DNA of 64,000 nt, taken from an uncultured Colwellia sp. GTDB taxonomy: Bacteria > Pseudomonadota > Gammaproteobacteria > Enterobacterales > Alteromonadaceae. Position numbers and translations under genes: made by a program. The notes under the pieces were generated by a model. It made no database searches and was not told the origin of the DNA. It saw nothing but the letters and a program-made list of their open reading frames with translations. The stretch covers positions 5,387 through 69,386 of the forward strand of contig CAJXPG010000002.1 in assembly GCA_913057925.1 (NCBI GenBank), written 5' to 3'. How positions within the stretch are numbered: the first letter of the stretch is position 1; each line of letters starts with the position of its first letter. Shown here one piece after another: positions 51,837 to 62,302 of the stretch.

Positions 51837-52126
51837 TTCATTTACTTAATACTCTTTCATAAGCCGGAATAGCAACTCCCATCTACTTATATCTAGCTAA
51901 ACAATAGCTACTTTGCATAATAGCACCTTGCCTAAATAGTAAACATTTATCGTTTTCCTGCCTTTTTAGCAGTAGAAGCTTTAATTATGAAATAAAATTT
52001 CATTTTTTCTGTTACTTGAGCAGAAAATAAATTACAGTATAGGGAAAGTAACCTATTTCAAATGTTAGGTTATAAATCAAATATTGTATAAAACTTAAGA
52101 TTAATAAGAGCTAGGATCAGACCATA

Positions 52127-52975
52127 ATGAATATATTAGAAAAGATCGCTAACGAACTAGACATGCTCAGTAAGTCAGAACGAAAAGTCGCTGAGGTAAT
52201 TTTAGCTTCTCCAAGTACTGTTATACATTCAAGTATCGCGGCGCTTGCAAAGCAAGCGAATATTAGTGAGCCAACAGTTAATCGCTTTTGTCGTCGTCTA
52301 GATACCAAAGGCTATCCTGATTTCAAACTGCACTTGGCGCAGAGTCTTGCTAACGGTACCCCATACGTAAATCGCCACGTAGATGAGAATGATACCGCTG
52401 ATGAATATACTGCCAAAATATTTGAATCTACCATGGCAAGTCTTGAACTAGCGCGTAAAAGTTTAAACTCAAACGATATCAATAGATCTGTTGATGTATT
52501 AACACAAGCCAATAAAATATCTTTTTTTGGTCTTGGTGCTTCAGCCATTGTCGCTCATGACGCTCAGAATAAGTTTTTCCGCTTCAATGTGCCTGTTGTT
52601 TATTTTGATGACATATTAATGCAACGAATGAGTGCTATTAATAGTCGCCAAGGTGACGTAGTTATCGTTATTTCACATACCGGACGTACCAAATCATTAG
52701 TAGAAGTTGCCAGCTTGGCGAAAGAAAATGATGCAACTGTTATTGGTATTACCTCAACAGGTACGCCATTAGCGAAGGAATGTAGCATCGTATTGTCAGT
52801 AGATGTTAGCGAAGATACTGACCTTTATATGCCAATGTCATCGCGTATTGCACAACTGGCTTTAATCGATGTATTAGCGACTGGCTTTACCTTACGCCGT
52901 GGCAGTAAATTTAGAGATAACCTTAAGAAAGTTAAAGATAGTTTAAGAAGCTCGCGCTTTGAAAGAAAAGATTAA
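52127..52975 (+). CDS. hexR: RpiR-family regulator HexR
   Basis: SEPTVNRFCR, GYPDFKL HTH plus SIS domain; divergent from zwf. Confidence 0.93.
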   Translation: MNILEKIANELDMLSKSERKVAEVILASPSTVIHSSIAALAKQANISEPTVNRFCRRLDTKGYPDFKLHLAQSLANGTPYVNRHVDENDTADEYTAKIFESTMASLELARKSLNSNDINRSVDVLTQANKISFFGLGASAIVAHDAQNKFFRFNVPVVYFDDILMQRMSAINSRQGDVVIVISHTGRTKSLVEVASLAKENDATVIGITSTGTPLAKECSIVLSVDVSEDTDLYMPMSSRIAQLALIDVLATGFTLRRGSKFRDNLKKVKDSLRSSRFERKD

Positions 52976-53058
52976 AAAATTATGCTTTTGTGTTGCTTCT
53001 GTTGAGGTTGACACAATTATCCAAATGTTAACGTAAATAAAAACGTAAGAGGATTAAA

Positions 53059-54510
53059 ATGCCTAGAAGAACGAAGATTGTTGCTACCTTAGGTCCTGCA
53101 ACTGATGATAGAGAAACGTTAAAAGAAGTTTTAGCTGCTGGTGTAAACGTAGTAAGACTAAACTTTTCTCATGGTATCCCACAAGACCACATTGATAGAG
53201 CTAATAACGTAAGAGCAGTAGCAAAAGAGCTTGGCATTTATGTCGGTATTTTAGGTGACTTACAAGGTCCTAAAATTCGTGTATCTACGTTTAAAGATGG
53301 CCCAATCAAACTCGCTATTGGCGATAAGTTTGAGTTAGATGCAACATTAGAGAAAGGACAAGGCTGCCAAGAAAAAGTTGGTATTGATTATAAGAAACTT
53401 GTTCAAGATGTAAATACCGGCGACATTTTATTACTTGATGATGGTCGTGTTCAGTTAAAAGTTTTATCAACGTCTGACACCTCAGTTTTTACTGAAGTTA
53501 CTGTAGGTGGTCCTTTATCGAATAATAAAGGCATCAACCGTCAAGGTGGTGGTTTAACAGCTCCTGCATTAACATTGAAAGATAAAGAAGACATCAAACT
53601 TGCGGCAAAAATTGACGTTGACTTTTTAGCAGTATCATTCCCTCGTGATGCAGCAGATATGCGTGAAGCGCGCTTACTTGCACAAGAGGCAGGTTGTGAT
53701 GCACGTCTAGTTTCTAAAATTGAACGTGCTGAAGCGGTTAATGATGACAAGATTCTTGATGACATTATCCTAGCATCAGATGTTGTAATGGTTGCTCGTG
53801 GTGATTTAGGTGTTGAAATAGGTGATGCCGCACTTGTCGGTAAGCAAAAACACATTATAGCACGTTCTCGTCAACTTAACCGCGTAGTGATCACAGCAAC
53901 ACAAATGATGGAAACCATGATTGAGCAACCTATGCCAACGCGTGCAGAAGTCATGGATGTATCAAACGCTGTCCTTGATGGTACTGATGCTGTAATGCTA
54001 AGTGCTGAAACTGCCGCAGGTAAATACCCAGTAGAAACAGTAAAAGCAATGGCAAACGTATGTAAAGGCGCAGAGCAACATCGCTCAGTTAACATTTCTA
54101 ACCACAGAATTGAGTTAACTTTTAGTGAAGTGTCTGAAACAGTTGCATTATCAGCAATGTACGCAGCAAATCACCTAGCAGGTGTTAAAGCAATCATCGC
54201 ATTAACTGAATCAGGGCAAACCAGTAAGTTGATGTCACGCATCACTTCAGGTTTACCAATTTTCTCGTTATCTCGCCACAGTAAAACATTAAATAAAACC
54301 GCTATTTATCGTGGTGTTTATCCTGTTGAATTTGATTCAACGCATGTTAATAACGACACTTTATCTGATGAAATATTACAAGCGGTTAATGGTAAAATTG
54401 AACTAGCGGTTGGTGACAAGATCATTTTAACCCATGGTGATATTATGGAAACGGTTGGTGCTTCTAATACATTAAAAGTGTTAACCGTGTCGAAAAAACA
54501 CTTAAGCTAG
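53059..54510 (+). CDS. pyk: Pyruvate kinase (PykA type)
   Basis: [43 protein letters not shown]. Confidence 0.96.
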   Translation: MPRRTKIVATLGPATDDRETLKEVLAAGVNVVRLNFSHGIPQDHIDRANNVRAVAKELGIYVGILGDLQGPKIRVSTFKDGPIKLAIGDKFELDATLEKGQGCQEKVGIDYKKLVQDVNTGDILLLDDGRVQLKVLSTSDTSVFTEVTVGGPLSNNKGINRQGGGLTAPALTLKDKEDIKLAAKIDVDFLAVSFPRDAADMREARLLAQEAGCDARLVSKIERAEAVNDDKILDDIILASDVVMVARGDLGVEIGDAALVGKQKHIIARSRQLNRVVITATQMMETMIEQPMPTRAEVMDVSNAVLDGTDAVMLSAETAAGKYPVETVKAMANVCKGAEQHRSVNISNHRIELTFSEVSETVALSAMYAANHLAGVKAIIALTESGQTSKLMSRITSGLPIFSLSRHSKTLNKTAIYRGVYPVEFDSTHVNNDTLSDEILQAVNGKIELAVGDKIILTHGDIMETVGASNTLKVLTVSKKHLS

Positions 54511-54538
54511 ATTAAAATTAAATTAAAGTAACATGATT

Positions 54539-54576
54539 AAAACGGCCATATAATCACTTATATGGCCGTTTTTTTT
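54539..54576. terminator. Terminator downstream of pyk
   Basis: AAAACGGCCATATAA...TTATATGGCCGTTTTTTTT. Confidence 0.85.
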
Positions 54577-54606
54577 ATGTTCATGTTTTTTTTATTATCG
54601 CTTTAA

Positions 54607-55449
54607 CTAATTATTGACCGCAAATTTTACTTTATCCTTGTAACTTCGACTCACTTTCAACTCTTTACCATTTTTAAGTACTAAAAAATACTCACCATTA
54701 ACTTGGCTACAAAACTTATCAATGACATGTTTATTCACTATGGTCGATCTATGATTGCGGATAAATTGTTTTGGATCTAAACAAGCTTCGAGTTCTTTCA
54801 TCGTTTTTCTCAGGATGTAAGTACTTTCTTGTGAGTTTTCCTTTTCATTAGCGATTGCATGAACACACATGTAATCGCCAGCAGCGTCGATCCAAAGTAT
54901 ATCTTTAACAGGTACTCGGTTGACTTCACCACCATCTTTGATGGCAAGTACATCAGAATAACTTGAAATGCTGAGCTCTTGATCATTATCTAATTCGGAT
55001 AAAATCTTTTGATAATCATTACCCGTTACATCGCTAACTAAGCGAACCAGCTTAGATTTGTGAGCACTGTTTGCCGTGTTTTTAAAGTATAGTTGTATCT
55101 TTTCGATTGTTTGAGCCAGTCTTTCTTCATCGGCGGGTTTCATTAGATAATCAAGCGCATGAACTTCAAACGCTTTTAATGCATATTGATCAAAAGCGGT
55201 GACAAAAACAACAACAGGCATGGTTAAGCCCTGATCGATAATACTTTCAATGACTTCAAAACCATTGAGGCCAGGCATCTGAATATCTAGAAACATCAGA
55301 TCAACTTGATAGGCTCTTATTGCTTCTATCGCTTCTCTACCGTTACAACACTGCTCTATTACATTTATATCATCATGTGCTCGTAAACGTATTGCTAACC
55401 CTTTACGAGCAAGGGGTTCATCATCCACAATTATGGTTGATAGTGACAT
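54607..55449 (-). CDS. LytTR-family response regulator
   Basis: VDDEPLAR, FLDIQMP, FVTAFDQYA; LytTR FIRNHRSTIVN, VSRSY. Confidence 0.93.
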   Translation of the reverse strand: MSLSTIIVDDEPLARKGLAIRLRAHDDINVIEQCCNGREAIEAIRAYQVDLMFLDIQMPGLNGFEVIESIIDQGLTMPVVVFVTAFDQYALKAFEVHALDYLMKPADEERLAQTIEKIQLYFKNTANSAHKSKLVRLVSDVTGNDYQKILSELDNDQELSISSYSDVLAIKDGGEVNRVPVKDILWIDAAGDYMCVHAIANEKENSQESTYILRKTMKELEACLDPKQFIRNHRSTIVNKHVIDKFCSQVNGEYFLVLKNGKELKVSRSYKDKVKFAVNN

Positions 55450-55512
55450 AAAAAATCCTAATTTATTCTTTTATAAGTCAATGACAACTAAAGCCTTGTG
55501 CTCAAATTGTCG

Positions 55513-56589
55513 TTAACTTATTTGAAATGGCATACGTAAGTTTACTTTAACACCAGATGGTTGATTATGGGAGACAACCAATGAAAATTTTTCACGATAT
55601 AATGCATGTAAACGTTCTCGAGTATTAGCGAGACCGACACCATTTTCTCTGTGTAAGTTTCCTTCAACAATATCAGCACCTGGTCCGTTATCTGCCACTT
55701 CTATCAATAAGTCATCAGCAAAACGACTGACTGTAATAGTGATACAACCACCTTGCTCTTGCACTGCAATTGCATGCTTTATCGCATTTTCAGCCAGTGG
55801 TTGTAATATCATACTGGGCACTAAAGCCTGTTGGCATTCATCACTGATATTAAAATCAAGATGTAATCTATCCTCAAAACGCACTTGTTCTATAGCTAGG
55901 TATAATTGCAGTGCTTGTATTTCACTTTGTAAAGTCACTTTCTTCATCGGATCTTTATCCAATGAATACCGTAAAAATTCACTGAGCTTAGTAACCATGG
56001 TATTCGCGGTTTTGTTCTCTTCTACTAAAATCAAGGTCGAAATGGCATTTAGTGTATTGAATAAAAAATGTGGATTAAGTTGATACCGTAGCATTTTCAA
56101 CTGTGCTTGATGGGCTACTGTATTGGCTTTCAAAACATTTTGTTTTTCAACTTGGAGCATTTGATAATATTTACTACCAAAATATAAACCACTCCAGCTC
56201 AAAATAATGTAGAAGGAGCCTAATGTTGACTGGGTGTACATAAACCAAGAATCTGGTTGATAACCATGTTTATATATTTCCCAGTAATTAATATTTTTAA
56301 CTATTTGCCACAGTACGCCGGTAAAATACGAGGAAAGAATAACAACTAAGGCTATCTTTATTGGTGGGAAGTTCCATGCTTTACGATAAATATAGCGCAA
56401 CGGCACGGTAAATAACCAACCTGCGTAGGCATTTAAAAAGATGATTACTACGAAGATATCTCGTAGATCATGTTGCAATGAGCCAAGGTAGTGCACAAAA
56501 GCGAAACCAAACCACCCTGCGGTATGCGCTAACCAGAACAAGCGATTTCTATTTTCTAGTATGTCTTTCCAATTCACAAAATTAACCAC
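55513..56589 (-). CDS. LytS/YehU-type membrane sensor histidine kinase
   Basis: QLNPHFLFNTLN, ILQPLAENAIKH, GVGLANTRERL; four N-terminal TM segments. Confidence 0.93.
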   Translation of the reverse strand: MVNFVNWKDILENRNRLFWLAHTAGWFGFAFVHYLGSLQHDLRDIFVVIIFLNAYAGWLFTVPLRYIYRKAWNFPPIKIALVVILSSYFTGVLWQIVKNINYWEIYKHGYQPDSWFMYTQSTLGSFYIILSWSGLYFGSKYYQMLQVEKQNVLKANTVAHQAQLKMLRYQLNPHFLFNTLNAISTLILVEENKTANTMVTKLSEFLRYSLDKDPMKKVTLQSEIQALQLYLAIEQVRFEDRLHLDFNISDECQQALVPSMILQPLAENAIKHAIAVQEQGGCITITVSRFADDLLIEVADNGPGADIVEGNLHRENGVGLANTRERLHALYREKFSLVVSHNQPSGVKVNLRMPFQIS

Positions 56590-56710
56590 TTTTGGGATAC
56601 TACAATAAAGTATGCGCTATTAGTTTAATGATTTCATTGTCTTTGGACTTACTAATCAGTCGACTTATCGCATACTTTACCCAGTTAGTGCTGGTAAAAA
56701 GCAACAAACT

Positions 56711-57061
56711 TTAAACGGATAGCATTGCGCCTAATGGTTGACCGCCTAACAGATGCATATGAATATGATAAACCTCCTGCCCGCCATCACTATTACAGTT
56801 AATAATTAATCGATAGCCACTTTCATCAATGCCCTCCTCTTTGGCAAGCTTTTTTGCCACCGTAATCATACGACCTAGTGTTAACTCATCTTCTTGGCTT
56901 ACATCATTAATTGTCGGAATAAGCTTATTGGGTACGATAAGAATATGGCTATCAACACGAGGAGCAATATCTCTAAAAGCTGAGACTAAATCATCTTGAT
57001 ATAAAAGGGGGGTTGGAATTTCTTGTCTGATAATTTTAGAGAAAATAGTTTCTTCAGTCAT
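56711..57061 (-). CDS. hinT: Histidine triad nucleotide-binding protein
   Basis: [23 protein letters not shown]. Confidence 0.92.
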   Translation of the reverse strand: MTEETIFSKIIRQEIPTPLLYQDDLVSAFRDIAPRVDSHILIVPNKLIPTINDVSQEDELTLGRMITVAKKLAKEEGIDESGYRLIINCNSDGGQEVYHIHMHLLGGQPLGAMLSV

Positions 57062-57144
57062 TATTACACCTTGTAATGAAAATTTATAACCTGTGCCAGA
57101 TGATTAGCGCTGGCAAAATATAAATCACATCTTATTACTATTTA

Positions 57145-57158
57145 TTGACCTTAATCAA
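57145..57158. promoter_or_regulatory. FNR-type box in hinT / M14 hydrolase divergent region
   Basis: TTGAC-CTTA-ATCAA (one mismatch to consensus). Confidence 0.6.
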
Positions 57159-57237
57159 CACCCTAGTTGTACTAACTGTGACATTCTTATTGCTTATAGG
57201 GATATGAATATTAAACTCAAATTATTTAGGCAATACT

Positions 57238-58302
57238 ATGGATATAGATTTTAGCGAAATCAACTATTTAACAGATCCTACGTGGCAAGATCTGCATGCT
57301 GATTATGAACAATTCCTTTTGTCGATGACCGGACCCACAGTAATTGACATATCAGGAAACGAGCCTACTAAGTGTAGGGTATTCACTACCTTGCTGCACG
57401 GCAATGAACCATCAGGTTTAATCGCAATGCATAGGTATTTAACTGAAGTATTAGAGCAAGGAAAACCTGCTACTAATCTGAGGTTTATCATTTGCTCAGT
57501 TGAAGCAGCGACAACAAGGCCACTTTTTTCAACCCGCTTTATCAATGGTGGTATGGATATAAACCGCTGCTTTGGTAAAAACTGTTCTTTTGATTGCCAC
57601 GAAGAACAAAAAGGCTATTGTCAACGTGCTTCACTCATTGAGCAAGCCGTTCGTGAAGTTTGCCCTGAAATGGTGATCGACCTTCATAACTCTTCAAGTT
57701 CAGGACCTACCTTCGCAGTAAGCTCTGTGGTAACGACAGAAACATTATCGCTTGCTTCATTATTTTGTCAGACACTTATCCTTTCTGATTTAACTATGGG
57801 GTCGATAATGGAACAAAATTTTTCCTGTCCTTTTATCACCATTGAATGTGGAGGTTGCCAAGACGAACAAGCCCACGAAATTGCCTTTTCCGGGGTCAGT
57901 CAAGTGGCATCTTGTGAAAATATTGGTTACATCCACCAAGAGAAGCCAGTGGAAGTCATTTACCGCCCGTTAAGATTGCAATTAAAAGATCAGGTTAAAC
58001 TTTCTTATGCTCAGCATGATGAAGGTTATAGTGGTGTCACGTTAAAAGACAATATTGAATGCTTTAATTTTGGTAGTGCTCATCAAGATGAAATGTTGGG
58101 TTGGATTGATGGAAATGGTTTAGATAACTTACAATTAATTGATAAATCTGGTGAAAATGTCTTAGAAGAATATTTTTACGCCCGAGAAAACCAATTAGTA
58201 TGTCGTCATAATTTACGTCTTTTCAAGGCAACAACCAACAAAGCCACAGCGATGAATGATTGTTTATTTTATGTAGTAAAACTATCATCCATTGAAATTT
58301 GA
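57238..58302 (+). CDS. Succinylglutamate desuccinylase/aspartoacylase-like (M14) hydrolase of unknown substrate
   Basis: LLHGNEPSG, DINRCF, IDLHNSS, TIECG. Confidence 0.78.
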   Translation: MDIDFSEINYLTDPTWQDLHADYEQFLLSMTGPTVIDISGNEPTKCRVFTTLLHGNEPSGLIAMHRYLTEVLEQGKPATNLRFIICSVEAATTRPLFSTRFINGGMDINRCFGKNCSFDCHEEQKGYCQRASLIEQAVREVCPEMVIDLHNSSSSGPTFAVSSVVTTETLSLASLFCQTLILSDLTMGSIMEQNFSCPFITIECGGCQDEQAHEIAFSGVSQVASCENIGYIHQEKPVEVIYRPLRLQLKDQVKLSYAQHDEGYSGVTLKDNIECFNFGSAHQDEMLGWIDGNGLDNLQLIDKSGENVLEEYFYARENQLVCRHNLRLFKATTNKATAMNDCLFYVVKLSSIEI

Positions 58303-58326
58303 CCAGTGATTACTCGTTAATCAGAT

Positions 58327-58368
58327 AGTTAAACTGAGCTAAACGCCCTTGTTCAGCTCAGTTTAACT
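58327..58368. terminator. Hairpin between convergent genes
   Basis: AGTTAAACTGAGCT...AGCTCAGTTTAACT. Confidence 0.7.
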
Positions 58369-58404
58369 GTCTTGATAACGTCATTCAGATTTAGCGTAAA
58401 TGTA

Positions 58405-59598
58405 TTATGTATTGGCTAACACGGCATTAAAACGGTCAAAGCCTGCATCGAGATCTGCGATTAAATCATCAACATCTTCTAAACCAATATGTAGTCTAAT
58501 TAATGGGTATTGACAGTCGAACTCTGTCGCGCTTCGAATAGCATTAACATTACTAATGCCTAAAATTAAACTTTCAAACCCTCCCCATGAATACCCCATT
58601 TTGAAATGCGATAGACCATCAAGAAAAGCGGTCATTGCTACTTTGTTTCCGCAGTTAAAGACAAAGGAAAATAAACCATTTGAGCCTTCAAAATCACGTT
58701 TAAAGAATTCGTGACCCGGGCAAGTATCAAAAGCAGGATGTAATATTTTTGCAACTTCAGGTCGCGCTTTTAACCAGTTTGCTACCTTTATCGCACTTTG
58801 TTGATGCTGCTTTAAACGTACACCAATAGTACGTATGCCTCGTAAAGCAAGGTATAAATCATCAGGTGATGTACACTGCCCCATAAGATAACTATAGTCA
58901 CGTAATTGCGGCCAATATTTATCAACCGCCGTAGCTGTGCCTAACATGACATCGGAATGACCTACTATGTATTTAGTTGCCGCTTGTACGCTGACATCAA
59001 CACCATAGTCAAATGGTTTAAAATTAACCCCTGCTCCCCATGTGTTATCAAGCATCACAATACAGTCATGCTTGTGCGCAATAGCACTAATGGTTGGAAC
59101 ATCTTGCACTTCCATAGTGATAGAGCCTGGTGATTCAAGAAAAATTAAACGGGTGTTCTCTTGTATCAAACCTTCGATATCCGCACCAAGCATTGGATCA
59201 TAATAAGTTGTGGATACCCCCATCTTGGCCAATATTTTATCGCAATAGTCTCTTGTAGGCTCATAAGCACTATCCACCATCAAGATGTGATCTCCTTGCT
59301 GAACAAACGCTAAAATCGCGTTGGTAATTGCCGCAGTACCTGACGGGTATAATGCGCAACCTGCTCCACCTTCTAACTCTGTCATGGCATCACTAAAGGC
59401 AAAAGAAGTGGTCGTTCCTCGACGGCCGTAAACCATGGTTTGGTTGTGTCTGTTTGCTACGGCATTGTTCATCTCTGCTACCGTATTAAAAACTACCGTC
59501 GATGCGCGTGTAACTGCTGGGTTAACAACGCCATTTGTCCATTTCGCACTTCGTCCAGCATTAACTATCGTTGTATCTTTTTTCATAGCATGTCTCAT
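58405..59598 (-). CDS. metC: Cystathionine beta-lyase
   Basis: VNPAVTRAST, YGRRGT, DNTW, QAATKYIVGHSD, MGYSWGGFESL. Confidence 0.94.
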   Translation of the reverse strand: MRHAMKKDTTIVNAGRSAKWTNGVVNPAVTRASTVVFNTVAEMNNAVANRHNQTMVYGRRGTTTSFAFSDAMTELEGGAGCALYPSGTAAITNAILAFVQQGDHILMVDSAYEPTRDYCDKILAKMGVSTTYYDPMLGADIEGLIQENTRLIFLESPGSITMEVQDVPTISAIAHKHDCIVMLDNTWGAGVNFKPFDYGVDVSVQAATKYIVGHSDVMLGTATAVDKYWPQLRDYSYLMGQCTSPDDLYLALRGIRTIGVRLKQHQQSAIKVANWLKARPEVAKILHPAFDTCPGHEFFKRDFEGSNGLFSFVFNCGNKVAMTAFLDGLSHFKMGYSWGGFESLILGISNVNAIRSATEFDCQYPLIRLHIGLEDVDDLIADLDAGFDRFNAVLANT

Positions 59599-59752
59599 TA
59601 AATCGATTGGCCTTAGGTGCCTACACAGTTAAGTTCAGCTATCTAGCCATCTAAAGAATATTACTCTTTATAACCTGATTATTCCTAACAGGCTAGGATT
59701 TATTGATATAAAAAGGGAATTACTAAGCTCATTTGGTACTGAGGTGATTAGG

Positions 59753-62212
59753 TTAAAACAGACCTAACTGTTTATCGGTGATTTGTTTAAAGCTTGTACC
59801 AATAAATGGTAAAATTGCATCAGCGACAGTTGTTAGCTGGCTATCGATATAAAATTGATAATCTAGCGGTGCTGAAAGCTGCTCGACAACTTGAGGGCCT
59901 TGCAACGTAATATAGTACTCAATCCAACCACGTTTTTGATACTTTAACGGTTGACCAAGTTGCTGATTAACAGCATCTGCTCGACGCGCCGCTTTAATAT
60001 GGGGAGGGATATTTTTCAAGTAATCCTCTAGTTTACGTCTGATCCGTTTACGATAAATCAATTTATCATCAAATTCACCGGCGAGGGTTTTAGCTAACGT
60101 TTCTTTGACAAAGTCCGTAACATCTTCTTGATTAAAAACTTTTAAATATAATGTTTTTTGAAAGTCTTTCGCAAGTTGTGTCCAGTCAGTTCTAACACTT
60201 TCCAAGCCCTTAAAGATTAATTTTTCTGTATTTTTCTCACCGTCAAAACCACATACAAGACCCGCATAACGCTTTTTAGTGCCGACATCACGTCCCCTTA
60301 CCGTCGGCATTAAAAACTTTGAAAAGTGAGTTTCAAACTCAATATCCAGATGGCTTTCAATATGATGATCTGCATGTAGCTTAGTTTGCCATTTATTATT
60401 AATAAGCGTTTGTAGTTCACCGCCGAGCGCTTTAGCTTCCTCCTGAGTCTTATCATCACCTATAACGACAAAGATTGAATCAGTATCCCCATAAATTACC
60501 TGAAAACCATAGTCTTCAATCCAATCACGCGTCTTTTTTAATATTTGATGACTGCGTTTAGTTATCGAGCCTGACAAGCGCGGATCAAAGAATCGACAGC
60601 CCGTAGAGCCAAGCACGCCATAAAAACTATTCATGATGATTTTTATCGCTTGTGATAAAGCCGCGTTATTTTGCTGCTTGGCTTTATCACGCTCTAGCCA
60701 AAGCGATTCTATAATATCAGGTAAAAAATGGTGTTCACGCGAGAAGAATGCGCCATCATAGCCCTGAATGACCTTGCACTTATCAAAAATTTCAGCTGCA
60801 TGAATCTTTTCACTATCATCAGATGCTTTTACTTCGTGCAAACCTTCAATTAATCCCATGGGATCGATTTTAAATGTTCTGATAATACTTGGGTATAACG
60901 ACTTAAAGTCTAGCACTAATACATTATCATAAAGCCCTGGAATGGAATCCATGACATAGCCACCTGGAGATACCAAACCAGATAGTCCATCTCCCATATT
61001 AGGGGCGACATAACCACTACGGTGTAATTTTGGCAGGTATAAATTAGTGAAGGCAGCAACAGAGCCTCCCACCCTGTCGATGGCCAAACCGGTAAGTTGA
61101 GCTCTCAGTTGAGCAAAAGCTAATAATTGTGTTTTTTCAAAAATTAACCAGACAAGACGGCAATCTTCAAGATTATAAGCTGCCAGTGCGGGTTTATCAT
61201 GGTGGAAGTTATCGGTAATTTCTTTTAGACGGTTATCAACATCAGTAACCTTTTTAGTTAAGCCTAATAAATTTTGTGATACATTATCCAGTGAAAAACT
61301 GGCAAAGTTATATGTTGCTGTTTTTAATAAGTCGATACCATCAAGTACAACACGTCCTGCTATTTCAACAAAGTTTTGCTCACTATTATTGGTATTTTTA
61401 CGCCAGTAAGGACAACTGTCATCCCTGCCGATAGTAAATTTTATTTGGTGTAAATCACAGCGTTTTTGCAACAAAGAAAAATCAAAATTAATAACATTCC
61501 AACCAATTAAAATATCAGGATCAAATGCTTGAACCTCAGCGATAAAAGTCTTCAATAATTGTCGTTCATCATCTTGCCACTGAATATATGCCTGTTCAGT
61601 CTCTTGCGGTTTACCTATCATCAAAACACGCTTAAACACCTGATTATCATTGTTAGCATACAAACCAATAGAATATAGCTCTCCGCTTGCGGAACATTCA
61701 ATATCGATAGATAACATAGTTAAGCAATGCTGATGTTTAACCTTACTTGGTTTGCATTTTACCTCTCGAGCATAATTATATTTCTGCTGTTGTTGATGAC
61801 AGCCAATATAATCAACATCTGCTGTGATATGGCGCTCCATCAAAAAACGTTCGTCCGGGCGTATATCATCTTCATAACACTTAATACCTTGTGCTTTTAA
61901 TACCTCTCTAGCGCGATAAAAATGTCGTAAGGTGGAAAAATACAAGCCACTGACTTTACCGTGCTTGAATGTCTTAAGTGAAAGGTGCTGAGATTTAGCT
62001 ACAGGGATATTTTGTGTGGTTAATTGTGCTAAAGCTTGAGGTACATATTGCTGCTCAATAAAAAAAACTGCTAACTCATTATCTACTTGTAACTTAACTG
62101 CGCCAGAATCACACTTAAGCCAGAGAATAATTTGCAAACCAGTCGCATGATCTCTTACTTGCCGGGTAAGTAAAAAGCCATTATTTATTTGTGGGCTTGT
62201 TAAACTTGTCAT
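59753..62212 (-). CDS. polB: DNA polymerase II
   Basis: GFLLTRQ, SIDIE, LDFKSLYPSII, KIIMNSFYGVLG, YGDTDS, KKRYAG; start moved to MTSLT since the longer ORF start abuts the LexA box. Confidence 0.95.
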   Translation of the reverse strand: MTSLTSPQINNGFLLTRQVRDHATGLQIILWLKCDSGAVKLQVDNELAVFFIEQQYVPQALAQLTTQNIPVAKSQHLSLKTFKHGKVSGLYFSTLRHFYRAREVLKAQGIKCYEDDIRPDERFLMERHITADVDYIGCHQQQQKYNYAREVKCKPSKVKHQHCLTMLSIDIECSASGELYSIGLYANNDNQVFKRVLMIGKPQETEQAYIQWQDDERQLLKTFIAEVQAFDPDILIGWNVINFDFSLLQKRCDLHQIKFTIGRDDSCPYWRKNTNNSEQNFVEIAGRVVLDGIDLLKTATYNFASFSLDNVSQNLLGLTKKVTDVDNRLKEITDNFHHDKPALAAYNLEDCRLVWLIFEKTQLLAFAQLRAQLTGLAIDRVGGSVAAFTNLYLPKLHRSGYVAPNMGDGLSGLVSPGGYVMDSIPGLYDNVLVLDFKSLYPSIIRTFKIDPMGLIEGLHEVKASDDSEKIHAAEIFDKCKVIQGYDGAFFSREHHFLPDIIESLWLERDKAKQQNNAALSQAIKIIMNSFYGVLGSTGCRFFDPRLSGSITKRSHQILKKTRDWIEDYGFQVIYGDTDSIFVVIGDDKTQEEAKALGGELQTLINNKWQTKLHADHHIESHLDIEFETHFSKFLMPTVRGRDVGTKKRYAGLVCGFDGEKNTEKLIFKGLESVRTDWTQLAKDFQKTLYLKVFNQEDVTDFVKETLAKTLAGEFDDKLIYRKRIRRKLEDYLKNIPPHIKAARRADAVNQQLGQPLKYQKRGWIEYYITLQGPQVVEQLSAPLDYQFYIDSQLTTVADAILPFIGTSFKQITDKQLGLF

Positions 62213-62247
62213 TTTTTTATTATTTCTTTCGTGCGGCACTAGCAAAC

Positions 62248-62263
62248 CTGTTAATATATACAG
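62248..62263. promoter_or_regulatory. LexA (SOS) box between divergent polB and dinG
   Basis: CTGT-TAATATAT-ACAG, perfect gammaproteobacterial consensus. Confidence 0.9.
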
Positions 62264-62302
62264 CAGTGTAACCTATCTCCTGTTTTTTGGAAACCAAAGC
62301 TA

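Noticed and set aside
57238-58302. Calling the M14 hydrolase astE
   Set aside because: No astABCD context; only family-level motifs are supported.
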